NCBI GenBank assembly: GCA_039588295.1
Contig: JBDHAB010000004.1
Span: 96,001 to 160,000 of the forward strand
DNA: 64,000 bases
Source of the DNA: Gemmatimonadota bacterium
GTDB lineage: Bacteria > Gemmatimonadota > Gemmatimonadetes > Gemmatimonadales > GWC2-71-9
Reading direction: 5' to 3'
Part shown: one piece after another, positions 1 to 8,787 of the stretch
Layout: each line of letters starts with the position of its first letter
Numbering within the stretch: the first letter of the stretch is position 1
The notes under the pieces: generated by a model
The model's database searches: none
What the model saw: only the letters and a program-made list of their open reading frames with translations
Told to the model about the DNA's origin: nothing
Position numbers and translations under genes: made by a program

Positions 1-678
1 GTGCGCCTCGGGCCGGCCGATGCGACGCGCTATGTCGCGGTATGACACCAGTGTCCCCGGTGCGATACGCAGGAGCGCCTCCCACACCTTGATCTGGAAA
101 TTGGTGCCACGGAGGTCGAGCGTGAGCGGCCCTGGTCGTCGCTGGCTGGCGAACACCAGTTGCGCAGTCCTGGCCGTCACTGTGGAATCCTGCACCAACG
201 TGGCGTCAGGCCAGCGGGTCTGGAACTCGCGCACCACTGGGTGTCGCCCGGCTTCGCCGACGAATGCCAAGGCACACAGCCCCCGAGGCGTGACGCCAAA
301 CAACCCTTCGCCGAACGGTGTCTCGTGGAATCCGTAGCTGATGGTCAGACCTCTGCCGCGCTCCTTGAACTCCCCCGGTGTCACCGCCTCGACTCCCACA
401 AACAGGTCGTGGAGTCGCCCACCGCCCGATAGCCCCGCCTCGTAGGAGGTTGCGAGAACGCTCCGTCCTTCCGCAAGCGCCGCTTTGGCATGCTCGATGG
501 TGAGAAACTGCAAGAAGCGTTTGGGCGACACGCCGGCCCACCGTTTGAAGAGTCGTTGGAAGTGGTGCGGGCTCAGCCCGACAGCCGTGGCCACTTCGGC
601 CAGTGGCGGTTGCCGACGATACTCCGCTTCGAGGAATCGAATGGCCTGTTCCACTCGGATGGCGTCCTGTGCCGACAT
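1..678 (-). CDS. ada: Bifunctional AraC-HTH / methylated-DNA-protein-cysteine methyltransferase (Ada-like), 3' end outside window
   Basis: Own translation from ATG 678 (GGAG upstream): MSAQDAIRVEQAIRFL...GLSPHHFQRLFKRWAGVSPKRFLQ...LRGTNFQIKVWEALLRIAPGTLVSY; not in ORF track because truncated. Confidence 0.85.
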   Translation of the reverse strand, partial: MSAQDAIRVEQAIRFLEAEYRRQPPLAEVATAVGLSPHHFQRLFKRWAGVSPKRFLQFLTIEHAKAALAEGRSVLATSYEAGLSGGGRLHDLFVGVEAVTPGEFKERGRGLTISYGFHETPFGEGLFGVTPRGLCALAFVGEAGRHPVVREFQTRWPDATLVQDSTVTARTAQLVFASQRRPGPLTLDLRGTNFQIKVWEALLRIAPGTLVSYRDIARRIGRPEAH

Positions 679-781
679 TGTCACTCCGTTGGTCGCTGAC
701 TGCGCGAAGTTCCGCCATTCGCGGTCGCAGAGCAACCCGGTTCTTGCGTCCCCTCAATGCCGCCGGAGCTGGGTCGCCGTG

Positions 782-1729
782 CTACTGCCGCGGGTGATCG
801 TCGAACAGGTCGAGGTCTGCCTCGAAGAGGCTCAGCGCGTCGATCGTGATCGGCCCGTAGCGAGCCAGCCAGTGCAGGTGTGGTCCGGTGACCCGTCCGG
901 TCGCACCGACCCTGCCAATCACCTGACCGGGAACGACGGTGTCGCCGGCGGCGACCAACAGCTCGCTCAGATGCATGTATGCGGTCACCAGCCCGCGACC
1001 GTGATCGAGGTAGACCACGTTCCCGGCGTAATAGAACTCGTCCGCAAGGGCAACGACCGCGTGGTTGGGGGCGGTGACGGAGTCCCCCGGATTGCCCGCC
1101 AGGTCGACGCCCATGTGTCGGCTCTGCAGCTGTCCATTGAACTCCCGCCCCTTGCCGTACCGGGACGTCACGCGTCCGGACACCGGTGCCCGGAACGCGC
1201 CGGTCCAGAGACGGGGCGTGTCATGGGACGCGTTCGACAATGCTCGGGCCCGCGCGCGTTCCCGCGAGATACGAGCTTCCAGGCTGGAGTCGGGGCGCTC
1301 CGTGAACCGGGGCGCCACGCTGAGGCGTTCGGTCGCGAACTCCCCGGCGGTGACTGGGATACGTACGAACGGCTCCTCCGTGGATCCATCGCCGAAGGTC
1401 AGCTCGAGCATCAGTGGGAGGCTGCCGTCCGTTCCGATTGGAATGCCGCCAAGTGCCCGATACCGCCCATCCATGCCCCGCTCGAAATGCAGTGCCTGAC
1501 CCGCCAAGGTGCCCCGGAAGCTGGTGGGTCCCGCGGCAGCGTGCGGGCGCACAACGATCTGCACGATGGTTCCCTGTCTCGGCTCGGACGGAATCCAGTC
1601 GATCTCGGCACCGGGGGCCTGGTGCTGAGCGATCGCCGGGCTCGTGCCAACGAGGACGGCGCTGAGGAGGCAGGTGATGCCGCGCGTCATGGCCGATGGT
1701 GATGCACCCGCGAGGATGGCCGTGATCAC
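782..1729 (-). CDS. M23 family metallopeptidase
   Basis: HMGVD and GPHLHW M23 motifs, YLDHGRGLVTAYMHLS; signal-like N-terminus. Confidence 0.9.
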   Translation of the reverse strand: MITAILAGASPSAMTRGITCLLSAVLVGTSPAIAQHQAPGAEIDWIPSEPRQGTIVQIVVRPHAAAGPTSFRGTLAGQALHFERGMDGRYRALGGIPIGTDGSLPLMLELTFGDGSTEEPFVRIPVTAGEFATERLSVAPRFTERPDSSLEARISRERARARALSNASHDTPRLWTGAFRAPVSGRVTSRYGKGREFNGQLQSRHMGVDLAGNPGDSVTAPNHAVVALADEFYYAGNVVYLDHGRGLVTAYMHLSELLVAAGDTVVPGQVIGRVGATGRVTGPHLHWLARYGPITIDALSLFEADLDLFDDHPRQ

Positions 1730-3210
1730 TCGGGGGCAACCTCGCGCCCCTTGGCCCGGAGCACCATGCGCCGGATTTCCTCGAGCAGTTCGGGACCGTC
1801 AAACACGATGCCGTCCTTGATCGTGAAGCGAACGCCGCCCCGCTGGACGGCGCGACCGTTCTCCAGAACGGTCACACCCGTGCCATAGAGCACCTTCAGG
1901 TTGTGAAGCGGGTTCCCGTCGACAATCATGAGGTCCGCTTCGAACCCGGGGCGCACCACACCGGTGGTGGTGAGTCCGAGTGCCTTCGCACCGTTGGAAG
2001 TCGCGTGCTGAATCACCTCCAACGGGTGGAAGCCTGCTTCTCGGTGGAGTTCCATCTCGCGAACGGTTCCGAATCCGTAGAGATGGTAGATGAATCCGGC
2101 GTCCGAACCCACCGTGACGTTTCCGCCCCGGGCGGCGTATTCCCGCACCCACCGCATCCAGGTGCGGTAATTCTCCCGCCACATGACCTCGTCATTCGTG
2201 GTCCAATCGAGATGATAGGAACCGTGCTTGGTTGGGTCAGGCTCGAAGAACGCGAGCACGTTGGGCATCGCATAGTCCTCGAACCACGGGAGATTGCGCG
2301 CACGAGTCAGATCGCGGTTGGCCTCGTATACGGCGAACGTTGGGTCCCAGGTCACGCCGTGCGCCAGCATCGTGTCGAGCACGGCCGAGAGCAACGCGGG
2401 GTCCGCCTGCCGCCACAGATCTCCCGCCCAGCGAAACCGGTCGAGCTCATCGTCGTAGTTATACGTCTCCGGGAAATCTTGCGGGCCCGGGATCGCGGCA
2501 TCGGGAATCCCGTACCAGTGCTCGATCGTGCGGATACCCAAGCGAGCGGCGTCGAGCACGTCGAACTCCTGGATCTTCATATCCGTGGCGACCGGTAAGT
2601 CGAGCTTGTTGGCCTCCTCGATGAGCGCGCGCCACACGTCGGGACGCAACACGAAGACCTTGAGGCCGTGGGCCCCACGATCTTTGGCGCGACGCACCGC
2701 CGCCCGTGCCTCGGCGGGCGTGTTGCCGCCGGCGAAGGCGTAGGGGATGATCGTCGGGGCGGCAATACGATTCTCGCGTGAGAGGTGTGCGTGGTGCACC
2801 ACCGTGTCGAGGCCCTCGCCCGAGCCCGGATCGCGAATCGTCGTGATCCCGTGCGCCAGCCAAAGCTTGTAGACGTAGTCCTTTGGCAGCGGCTCGCCGT
2901 TGCGGCTGAACATGATATGGCCGTGTAGGTCCACGATCCCAGGCATGACGTACATCCCGGTTGCGTCGATGACCCGGTCGGTGTCGTCGGGCACCGTTGG
3001 CCGATGCGGTTGGATGCTGCTGATCGTGGAGCCCTCGATGAGAATGTCCACCGGTCCCCGAGTCGGGTTCCCAACGCCGTCGATTACGAGCGCGTTCCGG
3101 ATGAGGAGACGGTCGTACCGCACGCCGGCAGAGGGCGTCGGAGCTTGCGCGACGAGCGGGACGGCGCGCGCCAGGAGGACGATGGTGAGCCAGCCGGTAA
3201 CCCTACGCAT
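1726..3210 (-). CDS. Secreted amidohydrolase family protein
   Basis: Start trimmed to MRRVTGWL signal peptide; MPGIVDLHGH, GSDAG, ADLMIVDGNPL. Confidence 0.85.
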   Translation of the reverse strand: MRRVTGWLTIVLLARAVPLVAQAPTPSAGVRYDRLLIRNALVIDGVGNPTRGPVDILIEGSTISSIQPHRPTVPDDTDRVIDATGMYVMPGIVDLHGHIMFSRNGEPLPKDYVYKLWLAHGITTIRDPGSGEGLDTVVHHAHLSRENRIAAPTIIPYAFAGGNTPAEARAAVRRAKDRGAHGLKVFVLRPDVWRALIEEANKLDLPVATDMKIQEFDVLDAARLGIRTIEHWYGIPDAAIPGPQDFPETYNYDDELDRFRWAGDLWRQADPALLSAVLDTMLAHGVTWDPTFAVYEANRDLTRARNLPWFEDYAMPNVLAFFEPDPTKHGSYHLDWTTNDEVMWRENYRTWMRWVREYAARGGNVTVGSDAGFIYHLYGFGTVREMELHREAGFHPLEVIQHATSNGAKALGLTTTGVVRPGFEADLMIVDGNPLHNLKVLYGTGVTVLENGRAVQRGGVRFTIKDGIVFDGPELLEEIRRMVLRAKGREVAPE

Positions 3211-3296
3211 GTTGCGGCCTCTTGTGGGGCGAGGAAGTGGCCCAGCGAGCGACGAAGATGATGCCGGATGGACCTGATTGGAAGGGTCCAGGGGGA

Positions 3297-4028
3297 TTAC
3301 CCGGTGGCCAGCCTTCGATGGGTGGACTGCTCGACCTGCAGAGCGCCGAACCGGCGCTCGCGACGGTGAAACTCGGACACCGCGAGTGCCAAGTCGGCGC
3401 GGCGGAAATCCGGCCACAGCACTGGCGTGAAGTAGAGTTCCGCGTACGCCGACTCCCACAAGAGAAAGTCGGAGAGACGCTGCTCGCCCGCGGTGCGCAC
3501 GATAAGGTCGGGTTCGGTCACGCCTTGCGCGACAACGTGGTGTAGCATCTCCGCAGTGATCGCGTCCGGCTGGAGTGTACCGGCCGCGACCTGCCGCGCG
3601 CACTCCCGTGTGGCTTCCGCGAGGGCCCACCGCGATCCGTAGTCGATCGCGAGCCGGAGGTGCAGGCGATCGCCCGCCAGGGTGGCGCGTTCGGTACGCT
3701 CGAGCTCGGCGAGCGCGGATTTGGGAATGCGGCCTCGCCTGCCGATGTGCGTGACGCGCACCCCGTTGGCCAGCAGGTCATCCCGCTCACGCTGACAGTA
3801 TTCACGGAGCAGCCAGAAGAGGCGCCCGACCTCGCTCGGCGGACGCTTCCAGTTGTCGCTCGAGAAGGCATAGAGGGTTACGGTCGTGATGCCCAGGTCC
3901 GGTGCACCCTCCACGATGTCGCGCACCGCGTCCACCCCCGCAAGGTGGCCGCGCCATCTGGGCTTCCCCTGCATGCGCGCCCAGCGGCCGTTGCCGTCCA
4001 TGATGATTCCAACGTGCAAGCCGCTCAT
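3297..4028 (-). CDS. uppS: Undecaprenyl diphosphate synthase (cis-prenyltransferase)
   Basis: HVGIIMDGNGRWA, YAFSSDNWKRP, PDLIVRTAGEQRLSDFLLW. Confidence 0.95.
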   Translation of the reverse strand: MSGLHVGIIMDGNGRWARMQGKPRWRGHLAGVDAVRDIVEGAPDLGITTVTLYAFSSDNWKRPPSEVGRLFWLLREYCQRERDDLLANGVRVTHIGRRGRIPKSALAELERTERATLAGDRLHLRLAIDYGSRWALAEATRECARQVAAGTLQPDAITAEMLHHVVAQGVTEPDLIVRTAGEQRLSDFLLWESAYAELYFTPVLWPDFRRADLALAVSEFHRRERRFGALQVEQSTHRRLATG

Positions 4029-4348
4029 GCCCGCTCCAGCGCGTCGCGCGCCTCGCTCAAAATCGTCTCCATCTGCTCCAAGTACGCCTCCAACGCACGT
4101 CGACCCTTGGTGGTGAGTCGATACTCGGTGCGCGGTTTCCGATCCTCATAGCCCTTGCTGGCTCTGATGTAGCGCGCGTCTTCGAGCTTGCGCGCGTGCA
4201 CGCTGAGGTTCCCGTCCGTCGTCCCCAGCACCCGTTTGAGGTCCCCAAACGTCATGCTGTCCTCTGCAGCGAGCGCCGACACAATCCCGAGACGAATCCG
4301 CTCGTGAATGAGACGATCCAGCGTTTCGGACACAGCACTACCCGCCAT
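4025..4348 (-). CDS. Winged-helix transcriptional regulator (HTH_34/MarR-like)
   Basis: LDRLIHERIRLGIVSAL...TDGNLSVHARKLE...PRTEYRLT; start uncertain (4348 or 4333). Confidence 0.85.
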   Translation of the reverse strand: MAGSAVSETLDRLIHERIRLGIVSALAAEDSMTFGDLKRVLGTTDGNLSVHARKLEDARYIRASKGYEDRKPRTEYRLTTKGRRALEAYLEQMETILSEARDALERA

Positions 4349-4919
4349 GCCGCAGCACGATATCAAGGCCGATGGCGAGGTGAAGACCACCGAACCCGGT
4401 TGCCAACAGCACCAGGCCGAACTCGGGACGCAACAGCGCGACCGCGCCGAGCACCAGGAAGACGACCCCCATCCAGCGAATGGCCCGGATCGAGAACTCG
4501 CCGCCCGCCGTGACGCCGGCCCCGTACAGGGCCAGCCACGTTCCGGGAAGAAGGTCGGCGCTGTCGCCGGTCGCCAGCGCGCCGGTGAGCAACGCCCCGG
4601 CTGCGAGCGCTGGCGCCATGACCCACGCCATTCTCCGGATCGCGCCGGACCAGATCGGGACGTTGGTCCGCCGCGCCTTGGCGACGTTGAATCCAATGGC
4701 CATGGTCACCGAGACGATGGCTGCCGGGACCCACACGCGCAGGTCGGCGGCGGCGTTTCCACTCCAGGCGATCCACGCGGCCAGAAGCCCGACCCCGCCG
4801 ACACAGATCAACCCCCAGCCGGAGACCGCCGTAAAGGACGACGCCGACTCCATGGTCCGACGGATATACGCCAGCGTTTCCTTGGCGCTTTCCCGATCCT
4901 CGTGTGTGGGTGTTGTCAC
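4338..4919 (-). CDS. Conserved integral membrane protein
   Basis: About 6 hydrophobic segments, LAYIRRTME N-terminal motif; operon with wHTH and uppS. Confidence 0.75.
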   Translation of the reverse strand: MTTPTHEDRESAKETLAYIRRTMESASSFTAVSGWGLICVGGVGLLAAWIAWSGNAAADLRVWVPAAIVSVTMAIGFNVAKARRTNVPIWSGAIRRMAWVMAPALAAGALLTGALATGDSADLLPGTWLALYGAGVTAGGEFSIRAIRWMGVVFLVLGAVALLRPEFGLVLLATGFGGLHLAIGLDIVLRHGG

Positions 4920-4950
4920 CGCGCCCCCGCTGAGCTGGTGAGGGTAAAGG

Positions 4951-4967
4951 ACTTTATACTACAAAGT
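4951..4967. promoter_or_regulatory. Palindromic operator ACTTT-N7-AAAGT, probably for the downstream wHTH regulator
   Basis: AT-rich inverted repeat about 30 bp upstream of the 4919 start. Confidence 0.55.
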
Positions 4968-5126
4968 AAGTTGCCCGGCGGCGTCCGCAAGGCCAACCAC
5001 CTTCGGGCGGGGACTAGAACGGGGCGCGGCAGCATGCCTGGAATGTGGGCCCGGCCAGTTGACCTGTCGTGCCGGGTGGCGCTGCCGCACGCAACACACG
5101 TATGGTACGCAACCGGGAGATGGGTC

Positions 5127-6053
5127 ATGACGGCTCGCCAGCTGCTGCGCATCGGTATTGCCCTCGCGATTGCCCTCTTCCTCTGGGGGCTCTCGGAGAT
5201 CCTCAGCGGGGGCAGCGACGTCATCGAACGCGCCGTTCTGATCCGTGCCGTATCGGAGACGGAGATCGACACCATCACGTTCGCGAGACCCGCCGACACC
5301 GTTCGCCTCGTTCGAGCGGCGAACGGTCGGTGGACGGTGAATGGTCACGCCGTTTCCCCCGCGGCGGTGGGGGAGCTGGTGCAGCTGCTTGCCGAGCCGG
5401 TGCTTGGCAACCTGGTGGCGCAGAATCGTTCATCCCACGCTCGAATGGGTGTGGACAGCGCGGGCAAGCTGGTCCGCATCGCCCGCGGCGACGAGGCATT
5501 GGCCGAGGTCATCCTGGGTGAGCCAGGACGCGCGTTCCGCTCCGTCTATGCGCGGCGCGTGGGCGACGATCCTGTGTTTGTGCTCGAGGGGCCGCTCGTC
5601 GCTCTTGTCGATCGCTCGGTCACCGATTGGAGGGACAAGCGGATCGCAGCCGTTGAGCCTGATTCGGTTGCGCAGGTCCTGATCATGCGAGATGGCGAGC
5701 GGTACGCGCTACACCGTTCCGACCGCGCGTGGCGGTTCGCCGACGGAGGTGAGGTCGACTCCGCTGCCGTTCAACGCATCCTGAGCGAGCTGCGCGATCT
5801 GTCCGCACAGGGCACGGCGTTTGCGACCCCCGAACAGGCGGACTCCGCGGATCTCGGTCAGCCGGACCGGGAGGTGACGCTCCTCGGCATGCGCGGCGAC
5901 ACGCTGACAGCGCTCGCCTTCGACTCGATAGACGGTGGCTATTGGGTGCGACCGGTCGGAGGCGAAACCCTGTACCGCCTGCATGATTGGAAGGTGAACG
6001 TGTTAACGCCAGCCGATTCGACGCTCAGAAACAGGGAATCGAGCCCAGGGTAG
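5127..6053 (+). CDS. DUF4340-like exported protein
   Basis: N-terminal TM, two repeated modules, DWRDKRI motif. Confidence 0.7.
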   Translation: MTARQLLRIGIALAIALFLWGLSEILSGGSDVIERAVLIRAVSETEIDTITFARPADTVRLVRAANGRWTVNGHAVSPAAVGELVQLLAEPVLGNLVAQNRSSHARMGVDSAGKLVRIARGDEALAEVILGEPGRAFRSVYARRVGDDPVFVLEGPLVALVDRSVTDWRDKRIAAVEPDSVAQVLIMRDGERYALHRSDRAWRFADGGEVDSAAVQRILSELRDLSAQGTAFATPEQADSADLGQPDREVTLLGMRGDTLTALAFDSIDGGYWVRPVGGETLYRLHDWKVNVLTPADSTLRNRESSPG

Positions 6054-6081
6054 GGCTGAGACCAGCCTCACCAGGTCCACG

Positions 6082-6804
6082 TCACTCCAGCAACGCTCGC
6101 GCCTTCCGAAAGACGCCATACCACATTGCACGGGTCAACCGCCCGGTGTTCGTATTCTGCCGGGAGGGGTGATATGAAGAGAGAAGAACCGGCCCGTCCG
6201 GGAGCGTGTGCGTGCGCCCGTGGTGGAACTCTGGTCGGTCTCGCGGCGCGAACCGGCTCCACCATCCCGATGCCTTGAGCCACTGCCGATGTGCGACGTG
6301 TCCCAAGGTCATCACGACTCGCGTGTGCACGAGCAAGCGGATCTCCGTTTCCAGAAACGGCTGACATCGATCGAGTTCCGCCTGTGTCGGGCGATTCGCG
6401 GGCGGCGCACAGCGCCCGCCCGCCGTGATGTAGCAGTCGTGGAGTGTGAGTCCGTCGTCGCGGGAGTCCGAGGTGGGCTGGCTCGCGAACCCGTGACGAT
6501 GCAGCGCGTCGTAGAGCCAATCGCCGCTCGAATCTCCGGTGAACATCCGGCCGGTGCGATTTGCGCCGTGGGCGGCGGGAGCCAGCCCGACGACCAGCAG
6601 GCGGGCCTCGGGGTCGCCGAATCCGGACACCGGTCGGCCCCAGTAGCTCCAGTGCCGATACGCGGGCTTCTTCACGGCAGCGATGCGCTCGCGGTACTCG
6701 ACCAGGCGCGGGCAGCTGGTGCAGCACTCCACGTCCCGACGCAGCGCGGCGAGCGTTCGGTAGCGCTTCACCCCGTTGCTCGGGCCTGTCCCGAACCCAG
6801 GCAT
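6082..6804 (-). CDS. udgB: Uracil-DNA glycosylase family 5 (UdgB-like, Fe-S)
   Basis: CCTSCPRL, GLAPAAHGANRTGRMFTGD, SYHPSRQNTNTG. Confidence 0.9.
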   Translation of the reverse strand: MPGFGTGPSNGVKRYRTLAALRRDVECCTSCPRLVEYRERIAAVKKPAYRHWSYWGRPVSGFGDPEARLLVVGLAPAAHGANRTGRMFTGDSSGDWLYDALHRHGFASQPTSDSRDDGLTLHDCYITAGGRCAPPANRPTQAELDRCQPFLETEIRLLVHTRVVMTLGHVAHRQWLKASGWWSRFAPRDRPEFHHGRTHTLPDGPVLLSSYHPSRQNTNTGRLTRAMWYGVFRKARALLE

Positions 6805-7009
6805 CTCATGGCTTGCTGTTAGGCTCCTTGGTGCGCCCGGTCAACATGTCCATCTCACTGCCCAGCGCGCTAGCCCTATGAGCACCGGGCGTCCGTGCTG
6901 ATCGGGCGACAGGCGCGCGGTGACGGCACCCGGGTCCTCGTCAAGCGCAAACGCCCCCACCAGCATGTGGCCGGTGGGGGCGCGAAACTGCGATCTTGGA
7001 TGGCAGTGG

Positions 7010-7462
7010 TCAGTTGGCCGGAGGGATCCGCAGCACCTGACCAGGATAGATGAGGTTGGGGTCTTCGAGCATGGGCTTGTTCGCCTCGAAGATGACCGGG
7101 TACTTCTTGACATCGCCGTAGAACTCCTTGGCGATCTTGGAGAGTGAGTCACCCTTCTGCACGGTGTAGAACTGTGCCTGTGCTTCAGGGGCGATGGTCT
7201 CCATGCGGTCGTCAACCTGTGCCACACCATCGCTGTTGCCCAGCGCCAGCACTGCCTTCTCGCGATCGGCCTGCGATTTGGCCTTTCCGGTGATCGTCGC
7301 GATCCCATCGTCGTACTTGACCCGAAGGTCTTCGATGTCCAGCCCCAGGCCCATCACGTACCGCAAGAGCTTGTTTCCCTTCATCAGCTCTCGGTTCTGC
7401 TCATCGCGGGCATCCGCTTCGTCCTTGCGTCCCGCGCCCTTTACGAAGTCAAACAGACCCAC
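7010..7462 (-). CDS. BON-LysM protein (Kbp/YgaU-like)
   Basis: MGLFDFVK, BON domain, YTVQKGDSLSKIAK...IYPGQVLRIP. Confidence 0.9.
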   Translation of the reverse strand: MGLFDFVKGAGRKDEADARDEQNRELMKGNKLLRYVMGLGLDIEDLRVKYDDGIATITGKAKSQADREKAVLALGNSDGVAQVDDRMETIAPEAQAQFYTVQKGDSLSKIAKEFYGDVKKYPVIFEANKPMLEDPNLIYPGQVLRIPPAN

Positions 7463-7503
7463 TGTACACTCCTTGTTCTAGAGACAACGATGAGACGGCA
7501 TTC

Positions 7504-8100
7504 CTAGCGCTTGCCGAACAGGCCGCCAAGTAGCCCTTTGCCCATGTTGGCGATATCGTCGGCAATGTTACCGTCGCCATCCTGGTCGAGCAGCTTACCG
7601 AGCATGCCAAACGCCGGGTTGGACTGCTCGATTGCCTGACGCTCACCGCCCAGCATGCCGGCAAGACCGCCGGCGTCCATGTTCTGGGTCCGCCGCTGGC
7701 GGCCCAGTGCGCCCATCACCACCGGTGCGAGCATTGGGAGGAGCTTGGTCACCATCGACGTGTTTAGGCCACTCGCCTTGCTCACGCCTGCCTCGACCGC
7801 TTGGCGCTTGTTACCCAACACGTGACCGAGAATCCCGTTGCCATCGTCGATGTTCGGTGAGTTGAGAAACCCGCCGAGGTCGTCCAGTACCGCTCCGTCG
7901 TGTTTGTCGAGCGCGCGGTTGAGCGCCTCAGCGCCGTCCGCCCGCGAAGAGTTCTTGGCGAGCGCACCGAGCAGCATGGGAAGTGCGGCACCCACCGCCT
8001 GCTGGGTTGCACCCGAGTCCGCTCCAAGCTGTCGGCTCAGCTGACCGAGATTGTCGCCGCCCGTGAGCTGTTGAGTGAGCATCTGAAGCAAGCCTGACAT
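7504..8100 (-). CDS. DUF937 family protein
   Basis: ALPMLLGAL, DGNGILGHVLG, C-terminal LDQDGDG. Confidence 0.85.
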   Translation of the reverse strand: MSGLLQMLTQQLTGGDNLGQLSRQLGADSGATQQAVGAALPMLLGALAKNSSRADGAEALNRALDKHDGAVLDDLGGFLNSPNIDDGNGILGHVLGNKRQAVEAGVSKASGLNTSMVTKLLPMLAPVVMGALGRQRRTQNMDAGGLAGMLGGERQAIEQSNPAFGMLGKLLDQDGDGNIADDIANMGKGLLGGLFGKR

Positions 8101-8302
8101 TTGTAACCCCTTAGAAGAAGAGACGGCCACCTGATCCACGCGTTATAAGGCAACATCCGTACCGATCCGATTGCTGCGGAATCATGGCATCCGGTGCCGG
8201 TTCGGGGCATCAAATCTACCCGCGATGCTCCGTTTCGGGAGGGATGTACCGAAATGGGCACCTGCCGTCAATGAGCACGGTGGCCGCCAGCCGTTGGTGC
8301 CG

Positions 8303-8494
8303 TCACCGAATCCGCGGCGCCACGCCTGTCTTCTCGAGGATCACCTCCATGGGGCAGAACCGTGTGAAGCTCGACTGCAGCAGGTTGAGCCCGACAAAGG
8401 CGGTGAAGAGATACCAATACGGGCTTACCCAAAAGCCCAGTGCGAGCGACAGGAGTACGAACGCGCCTGCGATGCGTCGAATGAGATAGTGCAT
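8303..8494 (-). CDS. DUF2892 (YgaP-like) small membrane protein
   Basis: FVGLNLLQSSFTRFCP motif. Confidence 0.85.
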   Translation of the reverse strand: MHYLIRRIAGAFVLLSLALGFWVSPYWYLFTAFVGLNLLQSSFTRFCPMEVILEKTGVAPRIR

Positions 8495-8496
8495 GA

Positions 8497-8787
8497 CTAC
8501 AGGACCTCCATCGTATCGAGGATGTATGCCTTGAGTCCCTCTTCCGGACCCGCCTGATCGCGCAGAGCTCGCAAATCGACGCAGAGCGTCTCGCAGTCGC
8601 CGTCGTTGATGGCGACGAAGTACAGCGTGCTCGACCCCGGAAACGCTCGGGTACCCAGTTTCCGGCCGGATTCCCCTTTGCCGAACACGTTGGGGAACTC
8701 GCTATAGCCAGGGACCCCGTGTTCGTCCAGCACGCGTTCGACGTCGCTCCGGTGATTCGAATCGACGAAGATCAGGAGCAGTTTCAT
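8497..8787 (-). CDS. PII-like protein associated with transporter
   Basis: GYSEFPNVFGKGESG...AFPG, PII-like fold pattern. Confidence 0.7.
   Translation of the reverse strand: MKLLLIFVDSNHRSDVERVLDEHGVPGYSEFPNVFGKGESGRKLGTRAFPGSSTLYFVAINDGDCETLCVDLRALRDQAGPEEGLKAYILDTMEVL

Noticed and set aside
485..1702. 405-aa plus-strand ORF and many similar long ORFs (e.g. 27700-29109, 30107-31411, 62087-63457)
   Set aside because: Antisense or alternate-frame shadows of well-supported genes in GC-rich DNA; no motifs
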